NCBI GenBank assembly: GCA_963666365.2
Contig: CAXXNF010000002.1
Location: forward strand, 512,001 to 576,000
Source: Syntrophales bacterium
GTDB lineage: Bacteria; Desulfobacterota; Syntrophia; Syntrophales; UBA2210
Reading direction: 5' to 3'
DNA: 64,000 bases
Shown here: positions 1 through 9,585 of the stretch, piece after piece
Numbering within the stretch: the first letter of the stretch is position 1
Layout: each line of letters begins with the position of its first letter
Notes under the pieces: model-generated
Told to the model about the DNA's origin: nothing
Databases searched by the model: none
Seen by the model: only the letters and a program-made list of their open reading frames with translations
Position numbers and translations under genes: made by a program

Positions 1-1100
1 AAGTTCAGTCTGACAAAGCCTTCGCCGTCGAAGGGTGTTCCGTCGAAGAGCCCGACGCCTGCATTTTCAAAGGTCGCGGCAGGGGTGGCGATGCCTGATT
101 CCCTTGTATCTATCCACGCAAGGTAGGTGGCTTCCACGTGATTCGTGGAAAGTCCCGGGATGGTTTCGATGGCACGTTCCACGAGATCCCTGTTTGTCCT
201 GAGATAGGTAAGAAGCGCCGAATGCCATGCGCTGCAGTCGCGGTATGCGGCAAGGGCAGCCGTCAATCCCAGTGCGTTTACATGCGGCACGATGCCGTTC
301 ATTTCACGGCTGAAGTTCCGTCGAAGTGCGGTGTCGGGGATAATGGCGAAGGAACAGCCCAGACCGGGGAGATTAAAAGTCTTGCTTGGCGCCATCAGGG
401 TAATGGTGCGCATGGCTGTCCGGGGATCAAGGGTTGCCGTGGGGATGTGGCGTTTATCCCTGTCGAGGAGAAGTTCGCAGTGGATTTCATCAGAGCATAT
501 CACCAGGTCGTACCGTTCGCAGATGTCAGCCAGTGTGGAAAGTTCTTCTTTCCCGAAGATCCTTCCCGTCGGGTTATGCGGGTTGCATAGGAGGAGGAGT
601 CGAGTTCCGGACGTGATGGCATGTTCCAGGCGATCGAAGTCAATCACCCAGGTTCCTTCTTTCTTGTCGAGAGGAACCGTGATGCATTCCCTCGATGCGT
701 TTCGCGGCGCCGTCAAAAATGGGGGATAGACCGGCACCATGGTCAATACCGCATCGCCGGCGCTTCCCACTGCTCGGCAGGCCACATTGAGGCCTGCGAC
801 AAGACCGGGGAGCCATACAATCCATTCCGGCTCAATCTTCCATGCATACCGGCGTGCCATTCTTTCGATTACGACTTCGGTCAGTGCAGGAGGTACCAGC
901 GAGTACCCGAAAACTCCGTGGTCCACCTGTGTGCGCAGGGCATTGGCGATCGGCGGTGCGACGGGGAAATCCATGTCGGCGACCCAGAGAGGGATAACAT
1001 CTCTTCCCTGGTAAATATCCCACTTCAAGCTGTGAGTGCCCCGCCTTTCGACGGGGCGGTCAAAATCAAATTGTATTTCATTAATGGTGCTCTTTGTCAA
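1..1100 (-). CDS. patB: MalY/PatB-family PLP-dependent C-S lyase (cystathionine beta-lyase); 3' end runs off the window
   Basis: Not in the ORF track. Manual minus-strand translation from TTG at 1100 (RBS GAGGAGG) gives ...FDFDRPVERRGTHSLKWD...IPLWVADMDF and C-terminal GVGLFDGTPFDGEGFVRLN, typical PatB motifs. Confidence 0.9.
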   Translation of the reverse strand, partial: MTKSTINEIQFDFDRPVERRGTHSLKWDIYQGRDVIPLWVADMDFPVAPPIANALRTQVDHGVFGYSLVPPALTEVVIERMARRYAWKIEPEWIVWLPGLVAGLNVACRAVGSAGDAVLTMVPVYPPFLTAPRNASRECITVPLDKKEGTWVIDFDRLEHAITSGTRLLLLCNPHNPTGRIFGKEELSTLADICERYDLVICSDEIHCELLLDRDKRHIPTATLDPRTAMRTITLMAPSKTFNLPGLGCSFAIIPDTALRRNFSREMNGIVPHVNALGLTAALAAYRDCSAWHSALLTYLRTNRDLVERAIETIPGLSTNHVEATYLAWIDTRESGIATPAATFENAGVGLFDGTPFDGEGFVRLN

Positions 1101-1336
1101 AAATTGTTCCTCCTCTGCGAATTCTCAATCTAACGCAGGAAAAGTGGTAGTGCAAGCAGCATTTCGGCCGCAAAAGGGTTCTAAGCATTGGACAAATAAC
1201 CTGTTTTTATTTTTATTCCAATATGTGATAATAAGAACCGGCCTTCAAAAGGGCGGGTTCAGTGCCGGAGATGCGTTTTTTTGTCCTGCGCACATGATAG
1301 GCGATACTACGATTGAGAAGGAAAAGGGAGTGTTAG

Positions 1337-1645
1337 ATGAGTCTTAAAAAAAAATACCTGACAACAAGAAACACCTGTAAGGTTACCTTTCGATTGGCGA
1401 AGGAAGCGGCGGAAAAGGCGGAGACGGTAAATCTTGTCGGCGATTTCAATGATTGGGATCAGAAAGCCCATTCAATGAAGCGATTGAAAAGCGGCGATTT
1501 TACTATTACCATCGATCTCGATTCGGGAAGGGCGTACGAATTCCGCTATCTGATTAATGGGGAAAGGTGGGAAAATGACTGGTCGGCCGACAGGTACAAC
1601 CCCAGCCAGTATTCCTACTGCGATAACTCGGTAGTGGAAACCTGA
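1337..1645 (+). CDS. Isoamylase early-set / CBM48 glycogen-binding domain protein
   Basis: V.LVGDFN.W, M...K.G.F, YEFRYLING.RW.ND motifs; 102 aa; RBS GGGAG. Confidence 0.85.
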   Translation: MSLKKKYLTTRNTCKVTFRLAKEAAEKAETVNLVGDFNDWDQKAHSMKRLKSGDFTITIDLDSGRAYEFRYLINGERWENDWSADRYNPSQYSYCDNSVVET

Positions 1646-1845
1646 GCGCATGATGACAGGAACGCCGAACGGGTGAAATGGCACCAAAATGTAGTGACCT
1701 TTTGCAATTTCTACAGTTATGTAGCAATCAAAAAATGTACATCTGTTCCCTGTGGCTGCGTACACATGTGCCTACGCAGTGTAATATTAAGAAATAACGT
1801 ACAATTTAGCGTGTTGATCCTACGGACCGTGATAAAAAATATTTT

Positions 1846-1861
1846 CGGCACGCTAATTGCT
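1846..1861 (+). promoter_or_regulatory. sigma54 (-24/-12) promoter of the glutamine synthetase gene
   Basis: CGGCACG-CTAA-TTGCT matches the TGGCACG-N4-TTGCW consensus with correct GG/GC spacing, 68 nt upstream of the GSIII start. Confidence 0.8.
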
Positions 1862-1928
1862 GTCTCGACTTTTAAACGAGAACCGTTGACATACGCACCA
1901 ACAGGAAGGAAAAGGAGGCAGGAATATT

Positions 1929-4112
1929 ATGGACGGTAATAAAGCACGATTACAGGCGGTGACAGCTCTCGCCGAACCCTGTAAGCTTGAAAGAAAATTC
2001 GACTTTATCGGCGATTCAGCCCAGGAGCTTTTCGGATCGAATGTCTTCAGTTTGAGAGTTATGAAGACCTGTCTTCCAAAAGCCGTATTTAAATCGCTCA
2101 AGGAAACCATTGAAACAGGCAGGCCGCTCGACGAAAGCATCGCCGATGTAGTGGCGGCCGCAATGAAGGATTGGGCAATTTCCAAAGGCGCCACTCATTT
2201 TACCCATGTGTTCTATCCGTTGACCGGTTTGACCGCGGAAAAACATGATTCCTTTCTCATTCCGGACGGTGAGGGGGGGGCGATTACCGAGTTTACGGGA
2301 AAATCCCTTATCCAGGGGGAGCCGGATGCCTCCAGTTTTCCCTCGGGAGGCATTCGCACCACCTTTGAGGCCCGTGGCTACACTGCCTGGGATGTGACAA
2401 GTCCCGCCTACATTATGGAAAATTACAATGGATCGACCCTCTGTATCCCCACCGCCTTCATTTCATGGACCGGCGAGGCCCTTGATAAAAAGACGCCCCT
2501 GCTGCGCTCCATGCAGGCACTGGACAAAGAGGCGAGAAGGGTATTGAAGCTTTTCGGACACGAAAGTATCTCAAAGGTCACTACCTATGCAGGGTGCGAG
2601 CAGGAATATTTTCTGATTGATCGAAAGTTTTATAATGCCCGCCCCGACGTGATGCTTGCCGGGCGCACGCTCTTCGGGGCGCCGTCGCCGAAGGGTCAGG
2701 AGTTTGACGATCACTATTTCGGGGCCATAAATGAACGTGTGCAAGGCTTTATGATGGAGGTGGACCGGGAGCTTTTTAAACTGGGCATTCCTTCACGGAC
2801 ACGACATAACGAGGTGGCGCCGGGGCAGTTTGAAATTGCGCCTCTTCACGAACCGGCAAACCTGGCGGCGGACCATCAGCAGATGACGATGACCATTCTG
2901 AAAAAGGTGGCCGAGAGAAACGGCCTTGCCTGTTTGCTCCATGAGAAACCCTTTGCCGGCATCAACGGTTCCGGAAAACATCTTAATTTTTCAATCGGAA
3001 ATACAACGCAGGGGAATCTCTTCGATCCCGGAACCACGCCGCATGAGAATGCGCAGTTTCTTGTATTCTGCGCGGCGGTCATTAGGGCGGTACATCTGAA
3101 CGCACCACTCCTTCGGGCCGTGGTGGCTTCAGCGGGAAATGACCACAGGCTGGGCGCCAATGAAGCGCCGCCGGCGATCATGTCCATCTTTCTGGGTGAC
3201 GAGTTGGCAGGCATATTCGAGCAGATTCTTAAAAATGAAAAAAAATCATCCAGGGCAAACGGCGTCATCAATGTCGGTGTTGACACGCTGCCGGCTATTC
3301 CCCGCGATGCCGGTGACAGAAACCGCACGAGTCCCTTTGCCTTTACAGGCAATCGTTTCGAGTTTCGTGCCGTCGGTTCGAACCAATCGGTGAATGGACC
3401 TCTGGTTGCTTTGAACACGATACTGGCCGATTCACTGGACTACATCGCCACGTCACTGGAAAATACGATAAAGGGCGATCCGAAGAAATTCAACGATGCA
3501 GTGCAGGCGATCGTCAAGGAAATTATGCAAAAGCACAGTGCGGTCATTTTCAACGGAGACGGCTATACAGAAGAATGGCAAAAGGAAGCGGCAACCCGCG
3601 GTTTGCCCAACATGAAAACGACCGTTGACGCGCTTCCGGCAATCACCGCCCGCGATGTTGTCGCTATGTTCGAAAAGCATAAGGTGCTTTCATCGGTGGA
3701 ACTGGAAAGCCGGGAAGAAGTGTACTTCGAGCAGTATTGCCTTTCCGTGAAGGTAGAGGCAAACCTGACTGCAAAGATCGCCAAAACCATTATATTTCCT
3801 GCAGCGATCAGGTATCAAAGCGAGCTTGCCAAAACCTGTGCCGATCTGAAGGCTGTGGGGTATAGCTTTGATACGAATACGCTCGACAGGGTAACCGGTC
3901 TGGTGAAGAAGCTTCAGGACGGCATTGCCGCGCTGGAAGACGCGCTTGCCAGAAGAGGTGGAAAATCAATCAGTGCACAGGCTAAATACTACAGAGACAA
4001 AGTGATTCCGGCCATGAACGAAGTGAGAAGAGCCGCCGATATTATGGAAGGGGTTGTGGCCGACGACCTCTGGGCGTTGCCCATGTACTTTGAGATGTTG
4101 TTTATCAGGTAG
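1929..4112 (+). CDS. glnA: Glutamine synthetase type III
   Basis: 727 aa; [67 protein letters not shown]. Confidence 0.95.
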   Translation: MDGNKARLQAVTALAEPCKLERKFDFIGDSAQELFGSNVFSLRVMKTCLPKAVFKSLKETIETGRPLDESIADVVAAAMKDWAISKGATHFTHVFYPLTGLTAEKHDSFLIPDGEGGAITEFTGKSLIQGEPDASSFPSGGIRTTFEARGYTAWDVTSPAYIMENYNGSTLCIPTAFISWTGEALDKKTPLLRSMQALDKEARRVLKLFGHESISKVTTYAGCEQEYFLIDRKFYNARPDVMLAGRTLFGAPSPKGQEFDDHYFGAINERVQGFMMEVDRELFKLGIPSRTRHNEVAPGQFEIAPLHEPANLAADHQQMTMTILKKVAERNGLACLLHEKPFAGINGSGKHLNFSIGNTTQGNLFDPGTTPHENAQFLVFCAAVIRAVHLNAPLLRAVVASAGNDHRLGANEAPPAIMSIFLGDELAGIFEQILKNEKKSSRANGVINVGVDTLPAIPRDAGDRNRTSPFAFTGNRFEFRAVGSNQSVNGPLVALNTILADSLDYIATSLENTIKGDPKKFNDAVQAIVKEIMQKHSAVIFNGDGYTEEWQKEAATRGLPNMKTTVDALPAITARDVVAMFEKHKVLSSVELESREEVYFEQYCLSVKVEANLTAKIAKTIIFPAAIRYQSELAKTCADLKAVGYSFDTNTLDRVTGLVKKLQDGIAALEDALARRGGKSISAQAKYYRDKVIPAMNEVRRAADIMEGVVADDLWALPMYFEMLFIR

Positions 4113-4169
4113 GAACAATGTGAGCAATTGTCTGGTTGCAGAGAATAGTCACATTCAAAGTGAAAAAAC

Positions 4170-4199
4170 TTGACATAAATCTGAGATTTGAAGTATAGA
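4170..4199 (+). promoter_or_regulatory. sigma70-type promoter of the trp leader
   Basis: TTGACA (4170-4175), 18-nt spacer, TATAGA; the spacer contains the palindrome AAATCT-G-AGATTT. Confidence 0.6.
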
Positions 4200-4225
4200 G
4201 ATGCACATATCTGAAGGGAAGAGAA

Positions 4226-4324
4226 ATGCGGGACGTGAAGTACACTCTCTATCGCAAATTGAATAGGCAACTCTGGTGGTGGACCAACATAGCAGTGTCT
4301 GCCGGCGCACCTTCCCACTTTTAG
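4226..4324 (+). CDS. trpL: Tryptophan operon leader peptide MRDVKYTLYRKLNRQLWWWTNIAVSAGAPSHF
   Basis: 32-codon ORF with three tandem TGG codons (4274-4282), purine-rich RBS, upstream of terminator hairpins and trpB. Confidence 0.88.
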   Translation: MRDVKYTLYRKLNRQLWWWTNIAVSAGAPSHF

Positions 4325-4395
4325 TAATTGCAGTACCATACATAATAATAAAGGGACCGTAGGCAGCACCATTGCCCTCGGTCCTTTTTTCGTAG

Positions 4396-4434
4396 AAAAA
4401 GGGGCCTGGAGAAATCCATGCCCCCTTTTTTTTT
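4396..4434 (+). terminator. trp attenuator terminator
   Basis: GGGGC-c-TGGA-gaaa-TCCA-t-GCCCC stem followed by a 9-T run. Confidence 0.85.
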
Positions 4435-4519
4435 ACTGCGGTTGAAAATATCAGGCAGTATGTAATGCTCGCATGTGAAGGTTTGAGTCGTGCGTGCGAG
4501 ACAACATGGAGGATGACAT

Positions 4520-5758
4520 ATGCAAAAACCGTCAACAAGTAACGATACACCGAAGATGACGTCCATGCCCGACGAAAGCGGTCATTTCGGTCCTCATGGC
4601 GGGCGCTACGTGGCGGAAACGCTTATGACGGCGCTCCTGGAGCTGGAAGGCGCCTACAGAAGGATCTCTCCCGAGCGCATGTTTCAAGAGGAACTGGAGG
4701 TACTGCTGGCCGACTATGCCGGCCGTCCCACTCCCCTCTACTATGCCCGTCGGTTAAGTGAACATCTTGGCGGCGCCCAAATCTACCTCAAGCGGGAAGA
4801 TCTGACCCACACGGGCGCTCACAAGATCAATAACACGCTGGGGCAGGCGCTGCTTGCCCGGTGGATGGGAAAAAAGAAGGTTATCGCTGAAACCGGCGCC
4901 GGTCAGCACGGGGTTGCCACCGCAACGGCGGCGGCGCTCTTCGGCATGGAGTGCATAATATTCATGGGCGTGGAGGATATTCGGCGACAAGCCCCCAATG
5001 TGCTTCGTATGAAACTGCTTGGCGCGGAGGTGATACCCGTTGAGTCCGGCGCCGGAACCCTGAAGGATGCCATGAACGAGGCCATGCGATACTGGGTGGG
5101 CGCAGTGGAAGACACCCACTATGTAATTGGTTCGGTTGCCGGGCCTCATCCCTATCCCATGATGGTACGGGATTTTCAAAAAATCATCGGGGAAGAAGTA
5201 AAAGACCAGATGCGGAATTCCCACGGCCGGTTTCCTGACGTGCTTGTGGCCTGCGTGGGCGGAGGGAGCAATGCAATGGGGCTGTTCCATCCCTTTCTGG
5301 AAACGTCGGCAACGCTGGTGGGGGTGGAGGCGGCGGGAAAGGGCATCGCCTCGGGCAAACACGCGGCGACTCTCGGCGAGGGTTCCCTGGGGGTGCTCCA
5401 CGGCTCAAAGTCCTATGTGCTTCAGGACGAAAGCGGGCAAATCAAGGAAGCTCACTCTATTTCCGCGGGACTTGATTACCCCGGTGTCGGTCCTGAGCAC
5501 TCGTTCTTGAAAGACGCCGGCAGAGCACACTATGTCTCGGTGGATGATGACGAGGCGATGGAGGCCTTTCATATGCTGTGCCGTCTGGAGGGAATCATTC
5601 CGGCATTGGAGAGTTCCCATGCCGTTGCCTATTGTCTCAAGAATGCACCGCACATGTCAAAGGATACGGTGGTGGTGGTGAATCTGTCCGGAAGGGGCGA
5701 TAAAGACCTGGGCATTGTATCGGAGTATGAACGAAGGAAAGGGGAGGTGAGCCGATGA
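4520..5758 (+). CDS. trpB: Tryptophan synthase beta chain
   Basis: [16 protein letters not shown] (PLP lysine), [36 protein letters not shown]. Confidence 0.97.
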   Translation: MQKPSTSNDTPKMTSMPDESGHFGPHGGRYVAETLMTALLELEGAYRRISPERMFQEELEVLLADYAGRPTPLYYARRLSEHLGGAQIYLKREDLTHTGAHKINNTLGQALLARWMGKKKVIAETGAGQHGVATATAAALFGMECIIFMGVEDIRRQAPNVLRMKLLGAEVIPVESGAGTLKDAMNEAMRYWVGAVEDTHYVIGSVAGPHPYPMMVRDFQKIIGEEVKDQMRNSHGRFPDVLVACVGGGSNAMGLFHPFLETSATLVGVEAAGKGIASGKHAATLGEGSLGVLHGSKSYVLQDESGQIKEAHSISAGLDYPGVGPEHSFLKDAGRAHYVSVDDDEAMEAFHMLCRLEGIIPALESSHAVAYCLKNAPHMSKDTVVVVNLSGRGDKDLGIVSEYERRKGEVSR

Positions 5759-6594
5759 GCAGACTGGATCTCCGATTTGCCGATCTGAAAAAACGAAGTG
5801 AAAAGGCGCTTGTGGGATTTGTTGCGACAGGAGATCCCACATTGCCTGTTTCACTTGAACTTATCACGGCCATGTGCCATGCCGGTCTCGATGTGCTGGA
5901 ACTGGGCGTTCCCTTTTCCGATCCCACAGCCGATGGTCCCGTGATACAGCGTGCCGCGGCGCGGGCCCTGAGGGCAGGTGCGAGCCTTGCAAAAGCGATT
6001 GAAATGACAAAAACCTTGCGGGGAAGAACCGATATACCCATTATCCTTTTCAGCTATTACAATCCCATCTTTGCCTACGGACATGAATCATTTTACCGTG
6101 ATGCCCGCAATGCCGGGGCCGATGGCGTACTTGTCGTGGATCTGCCCCACGAAGAGTCGAGGGAACTGACGAAATGCTGGGAGAGAAACGACGATTTTGC
6201 ATTGATCCGGCTTGTGGCGCCTACCACGCCGGATGAAAGAATGAAAACGATCACGGAGAATGCATCGGGATTTCTCTACCTGGTTTCGAAGACAGGGGTG
6301 ACCGGAGGCGCCGGTGTGGATAGGGACAGCGTGAGGACCAAGGTAACGACGCTGCGCGCCCTTACGGACCTGCCCATATGTGTGGGATTCGGCATCTCCG
6401 GTCCCGAAGATGCAAGAATGCTGGCCCCCCACGCCGACGGAATCGTGGTGGGTAGTGCCTTCGAAAGGGCCATAGAGGATAATATGGATGATCCGGAGCT
6501 TGTCGCAGGGCTGGAGAGACAGGTGAACGAATTGAAGCAGGCGCTGAAACCGCTTGGCGAACATAACAATAATAAAAAGGAGGAAACCCCATGA
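5755..6594 (+). CDS. trpA: Tryptophan synthase alpha chain
   Basis: [37 protein letters not shown] overlap with trpB. Confidence 0.96.
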   Translation: MSRLDLRFADLKKRSEKALVGFVATGDPTLPVSLELITAMCHAGLDVLELGVPFSDPTADGPVIQRAAARALRAGASLAKAIEMTKTLRGRTDIPIILFSYYNPIFAYGHESFYRDARNAGADGVLVVDLPHEESRELTKCWERNDDFALIRLVAPTTPDERMKTITENASGFLYLVSKTGVTGGAGVDRDSVRTKVTTLRALTDLPICVGFGISGPEDARMLAPHADGIVVGSAFERAIEDNMDDPELVAGLERQVNELKQALKPLGEHNNNKKEETP

Positions 6595-7937
6595 TTACAG
6601 CACTGGTGCTTTTTAAGGCGGAAAAGGGAAAAATCCAGAAGCTGGCCATGCAACTGGGTGCCATCGAAGAGGTGGTGGAAGTACTGTCCATTACCGGAGA
6701 ATATGATCTGATGGCAAAGATTCAGGTGCGGGAATATGAGCATCTGTCCGACATTGTGACGGATAAGATGCAGAATACGGAAGGCGTTACGGGGACAAGG
6801 ACGATGATGGCCTTCAAGACGTACAAGTTTCATGAACTGGGTGAAGGCGCGCCCGCGGCAATGATGGTTTCATCAGCCGAAGAGGAAGCGGTCGCACTGC
6901 TGGAGAACGGGAAGAGCACGATCAAGCCGGTCCTTTCAAAGCTGACCGAAAACTTTGATCTGGAGAAGAGCGAAATCTACAGCGTCATCGATGCGATTCA
7001 CGAAGGACAGCTGTCGGAGGTGCAGATTGCCGGGTTTCTGGTGGGACTTCTCAGCAAGGGTCCGAGCATCAAGGAGGTGGCCTATATCGCTCAGGCAATG
7101 CGAAAAAACTGCATTCCCATGCATGTCTCCGTAGGGTCGGAACTCACTGATACATGCGGTACCGGCGGTGGGTTAACCACCTTCAATGTCAGTACGGCAA
7201 ACGCAATCCTGACCGCATCGGCCGGTGTGCCCGTGGCCAAACACGGCAGCAGATCCATATCATCCCCATCGGGGAGCGCCGATGTTCTTGAAGCGCTGGG
7301 CGTCAAAATTGATCTGCAGCCCGAAGAGGCATCCCGGCTGATCGAGGACATAGGAATCAGCTTCATCTATGCGCCGAACTTTCATCCTGTCATGCTCAAG
7401 GTGTTCGGTCCGGAGAATCAGCTGGGCATAAAAACGATATTTTTTACCATCATCGGGCCTCTCATCAATCCGACAGGCGCCCGCAACCATATGATCGGCG
7501 TGTACAAGCCCGAACTGGTCAACATGATGGCAAGCGTAGTGGCAGAGATGGATTTTAATCATGTCATTGTTGCCCACGGGCTTGACGGGCTGGATGAAAT
7601 ATCATTGATCGGAAAGACCTCGCTTGCGGAAATCAGGGGCAGGGAAATCAAATACTTCGAAGTCGCCCCGGAGGATTTCGGTTTCACACGCTGTACCCTG
7701 AAAGATATCGCAGGAGGAACTCCCGATTTCAACGCGAAGGTTATCAGGGATATCTTCTCCGGTCGAGAGCAGGGTCCACGGAGGGATTTCCTGCTCCTTA
7801 ACAATGCAGCCACGCTCTATGTAAGCGGCAAGGCATCGAGCATCCAGGATGGAGTGGCGCTTTCCCGGTCTCTCATCGATTCCGGGGCGGGCGCCCGCAA
7901 ACTGGAAGAACTTGTGGAAAAATCGAATGCCCTTTGA
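6591..7937 (+). CDS. trpD: Fusion of an N-terminal Lrp/AsnC ligand-binding (RAM) domain to an atypical anthranilate phosphoribosyltransferase
   Basis: aa 1-80 EVVEVLSITGEYDLMAKI...EGVTGTRT fit the AsnC C-terminal domain, with no HTH. The rest has DTCGTGG, FNVST, AKHG, SGSADVLEALG, GLDE. Acceptor-site residues are altered. Confidence 0.85.
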   Translation: MITALVLFKAEKGKIQKLAMQLGAIEEVVEVLSITGEYDLMAKIQVREYEHLSDIVTDKMQNTEGVTGTRTMMAFKTYKFHELGEGAPAAMMVSSAEEEAVALLENGKSTIKPVLSKLTENFDLEKSEIYSVIDAIHEGQLSEVQIAGFLVGLLSKGPSIKEVAYIAQAMRKNCIPMHVSVGSELTDTCGTGGGLTTFNVSTANAILTASAGVPVAKHGSRSISSPSGSADVLEALGVKIDLQPEEASRLIEDIGISFIYAPNFHPVMLKVFGPENQLGIKTIFFTIIGPLINPTGARNHMIGVYKPELVNMMASVVAEMDFNHVIVAHGLDGLDEISLIGKTSLAEIRGREIKYFEVAPEDFGFTRCTLKDIAGGTPDFNAKVIRDIFSGREQGPRRDFLLLNNAATLYVSGKASSIQDGVALSRSLIDSGAGARKLEELVEKSNAL

Positions 7938-7949
7938 TAGTGTGCTGTC

Positions 7950-8687
7950 ATGAATAGCAATGCAAACACCGCGCAAGGGGAAAAAAAATCAACGCTTGCC
8001 TCGTTCATACGCACTCGGCAGCGAGAGGGTCTGTTCCCCGTAATATCTGAAGTGAAGGTGCGTTCCGAAAAGGAGGGCGATCTTCTGCGCGGGCGCGATC
8101 CGGTCGCGCTCGCCTGTGAAATGGGCCGGTCAACCATCGCGGGAATAAGCGTCGTGACGGAACCGGATCATTTCGGCGGAGACTTGAACCTTTTGCGCGA
8201 GATCGCCGCGGCGGTAGATTTGCCCGTGCTGCATAAAGATTTCATTACGTCGGAGCGTCAAATCGAGGAATCAGCCGCAGCAGGCGCCTCGGCCATACTA
8301 CTGATCACCGCCATGGTCGATGCAACCCAAATGGCGCGTCTGATTGCATATGCCCGACAGTGCGGGCTTGAAACCCTTGTGGAAGCACACAACATGGAAG
8401 AGGTGAAAATGATAACGTCTCTTCCTTTTGACCTTATGGGAATCAACAACCGCGATATTACCGTTTTCGAAGTGGACGACAACGACGTGGGAAGGACGGA
8501 GGCGCTCGCCCGTTTCTGTAAAAGCAGTCGGCCGCTGATCAGCGAAAGCTCGATCAGTTCTCACAGTGACGTACGGCGCGCGGGCAGAAGCGGCGCCGAT
8601 GCCGTGCTGGTCGGCACGGCGGTGCTGAAAGCGCCCTCAATTTCAGGGTTTTTACGGGAACTGATATCGGTGGGATGGCCGCCATGA
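7950..8687 (+). CDS. trpC: Indole-3-glycerol-phosphate synthase (divergent)
   Basis: ISEVK, ISVVTE, LHKDFI, LVE, GINNRD, ISESS, LVGTA. Confidence 0.88.
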   Translation: MNSNANTAQGEKKSTLASFIRTRQREGLFPVISEVKVRSEKEGDLLRGRDPVALACEMGRSTIAGISVVTEPDHFGGDLNLLREIAAAVDLPVLHKDFITSERQIEESAAAGASAILLITAMVDATQMARLIAYARQCGLETLVEAHNMEEVKMITSLPFDLMGINNRDITVFEVDDNDVGRTEALARFCKSSRPLISESSISSHSDVRRAGRSGADAVLVGTAVLKAPSISGFLRELISVGWPP

Positions 8688-9373
8688 CGCGGATTAAAGT
8701 ATGCGGGATTACCACAGAAGAAGACATCTGCCTCTGCGTTGCGGCGGGTGTCGATGCCCTGGGCTTTGTGGTGGAGTACCCGATTGACGTGCCATGGAAT
8801 CTGGACAGACAACAGGCCAGAATACTGATGCAACAGGTGCCTCCATTTGTGTCGAGGGTAATCGTGGTCGGCGACGATCCACAGACCATCATTACACTGG
8901 CGGACCTGTTGAGGCCTCACGCTGTCCAATTGCATGGTAAGGAATCACTCTCCCTCACGGCGAAACTTGTGACCGCGCTTCATGCGCGTCGCATTTCGGT
9001 GGTAAAGGCACTGCGTATTTCCATCGAGACGGGGAAATGCACAAACGCAGGAGAAAATCCCCTCGATGCCGCAGGGCTTATTGAAGATGCCGGTGTCGAT
9101 GCTTTGCTTCTGGACTCGGTGACTGAAGGACGCCCGGCGGGAACAGGCCGTACTATAGATTGGGGTATTGCACGTTATATCAGAAAAATGGTGAAGCTTC
9201 CCCTTATACTTGCGGGCGGCTTGCAGGCAGAAAACGTCGGCGAAGCCATTGCAACCGTCCATCCCTTCGCTGTCGATGTGATCAGTGGCGTCGAAAATCC
9301 TGTGGGAAGAAAAGATTCCGAAAAGATACAGGCGTTTATCACCGCAGTAACCACAGCTACGAGCCAGAGGTAG
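8684..9373 (+). CDS. trpF: Phosphoribosylanthranilate isomerase (divergent)
   Basis: IKVCGIT, DALGFV, VQLHG.E, LLLDS, GTG..IDW, LILAGGL, VDVISGVE; ATGA overlap with trpC. Confidence 0.88.
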   Translation: MTRIKVCGITTEEDICLCVAAGVDALGFVVEYPIDVPWNLDRQQARILMQQVPPFVSRVIVVGDDPQTIITLADLLRPHAVQLHGKESLSLTAKLVTALHARRISVVKALRISIETGKCTNAGENPLDAAGLIEDAGVDALLLDSVTEGRPAGTGRTIDWGIARYIRKMVKLPLILAGGLQAENVGEAIATVHPFAVDVISGVENPVGRKDSEKIQAFITAVTTATSQR

Positions 9374-9585
9374 AATCAGTGGCACCCGGGGGGGGGGTAA
9401 TGAATGTTTCATGATTTCGGAATATGAACATTCTTGTTTTTTCTCGTCTCTCCCTTTGACGATTTGTTCAATGCATTGTTGACTTACCATGTTTGTTTTA
9501 CCATACTCATATGTTCAAGTATGCTTCATGGAGATTTATTCAAAATCTTACCATTAAGTATGTAATTAAAAGTGGAGGATATCGA

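Noticed and set aside
138..1133. Plus-strand ORFs 138-590, 292-729 and 621-1133
   Set aside because: They are antisense shadows of the minus-strand patB gene.
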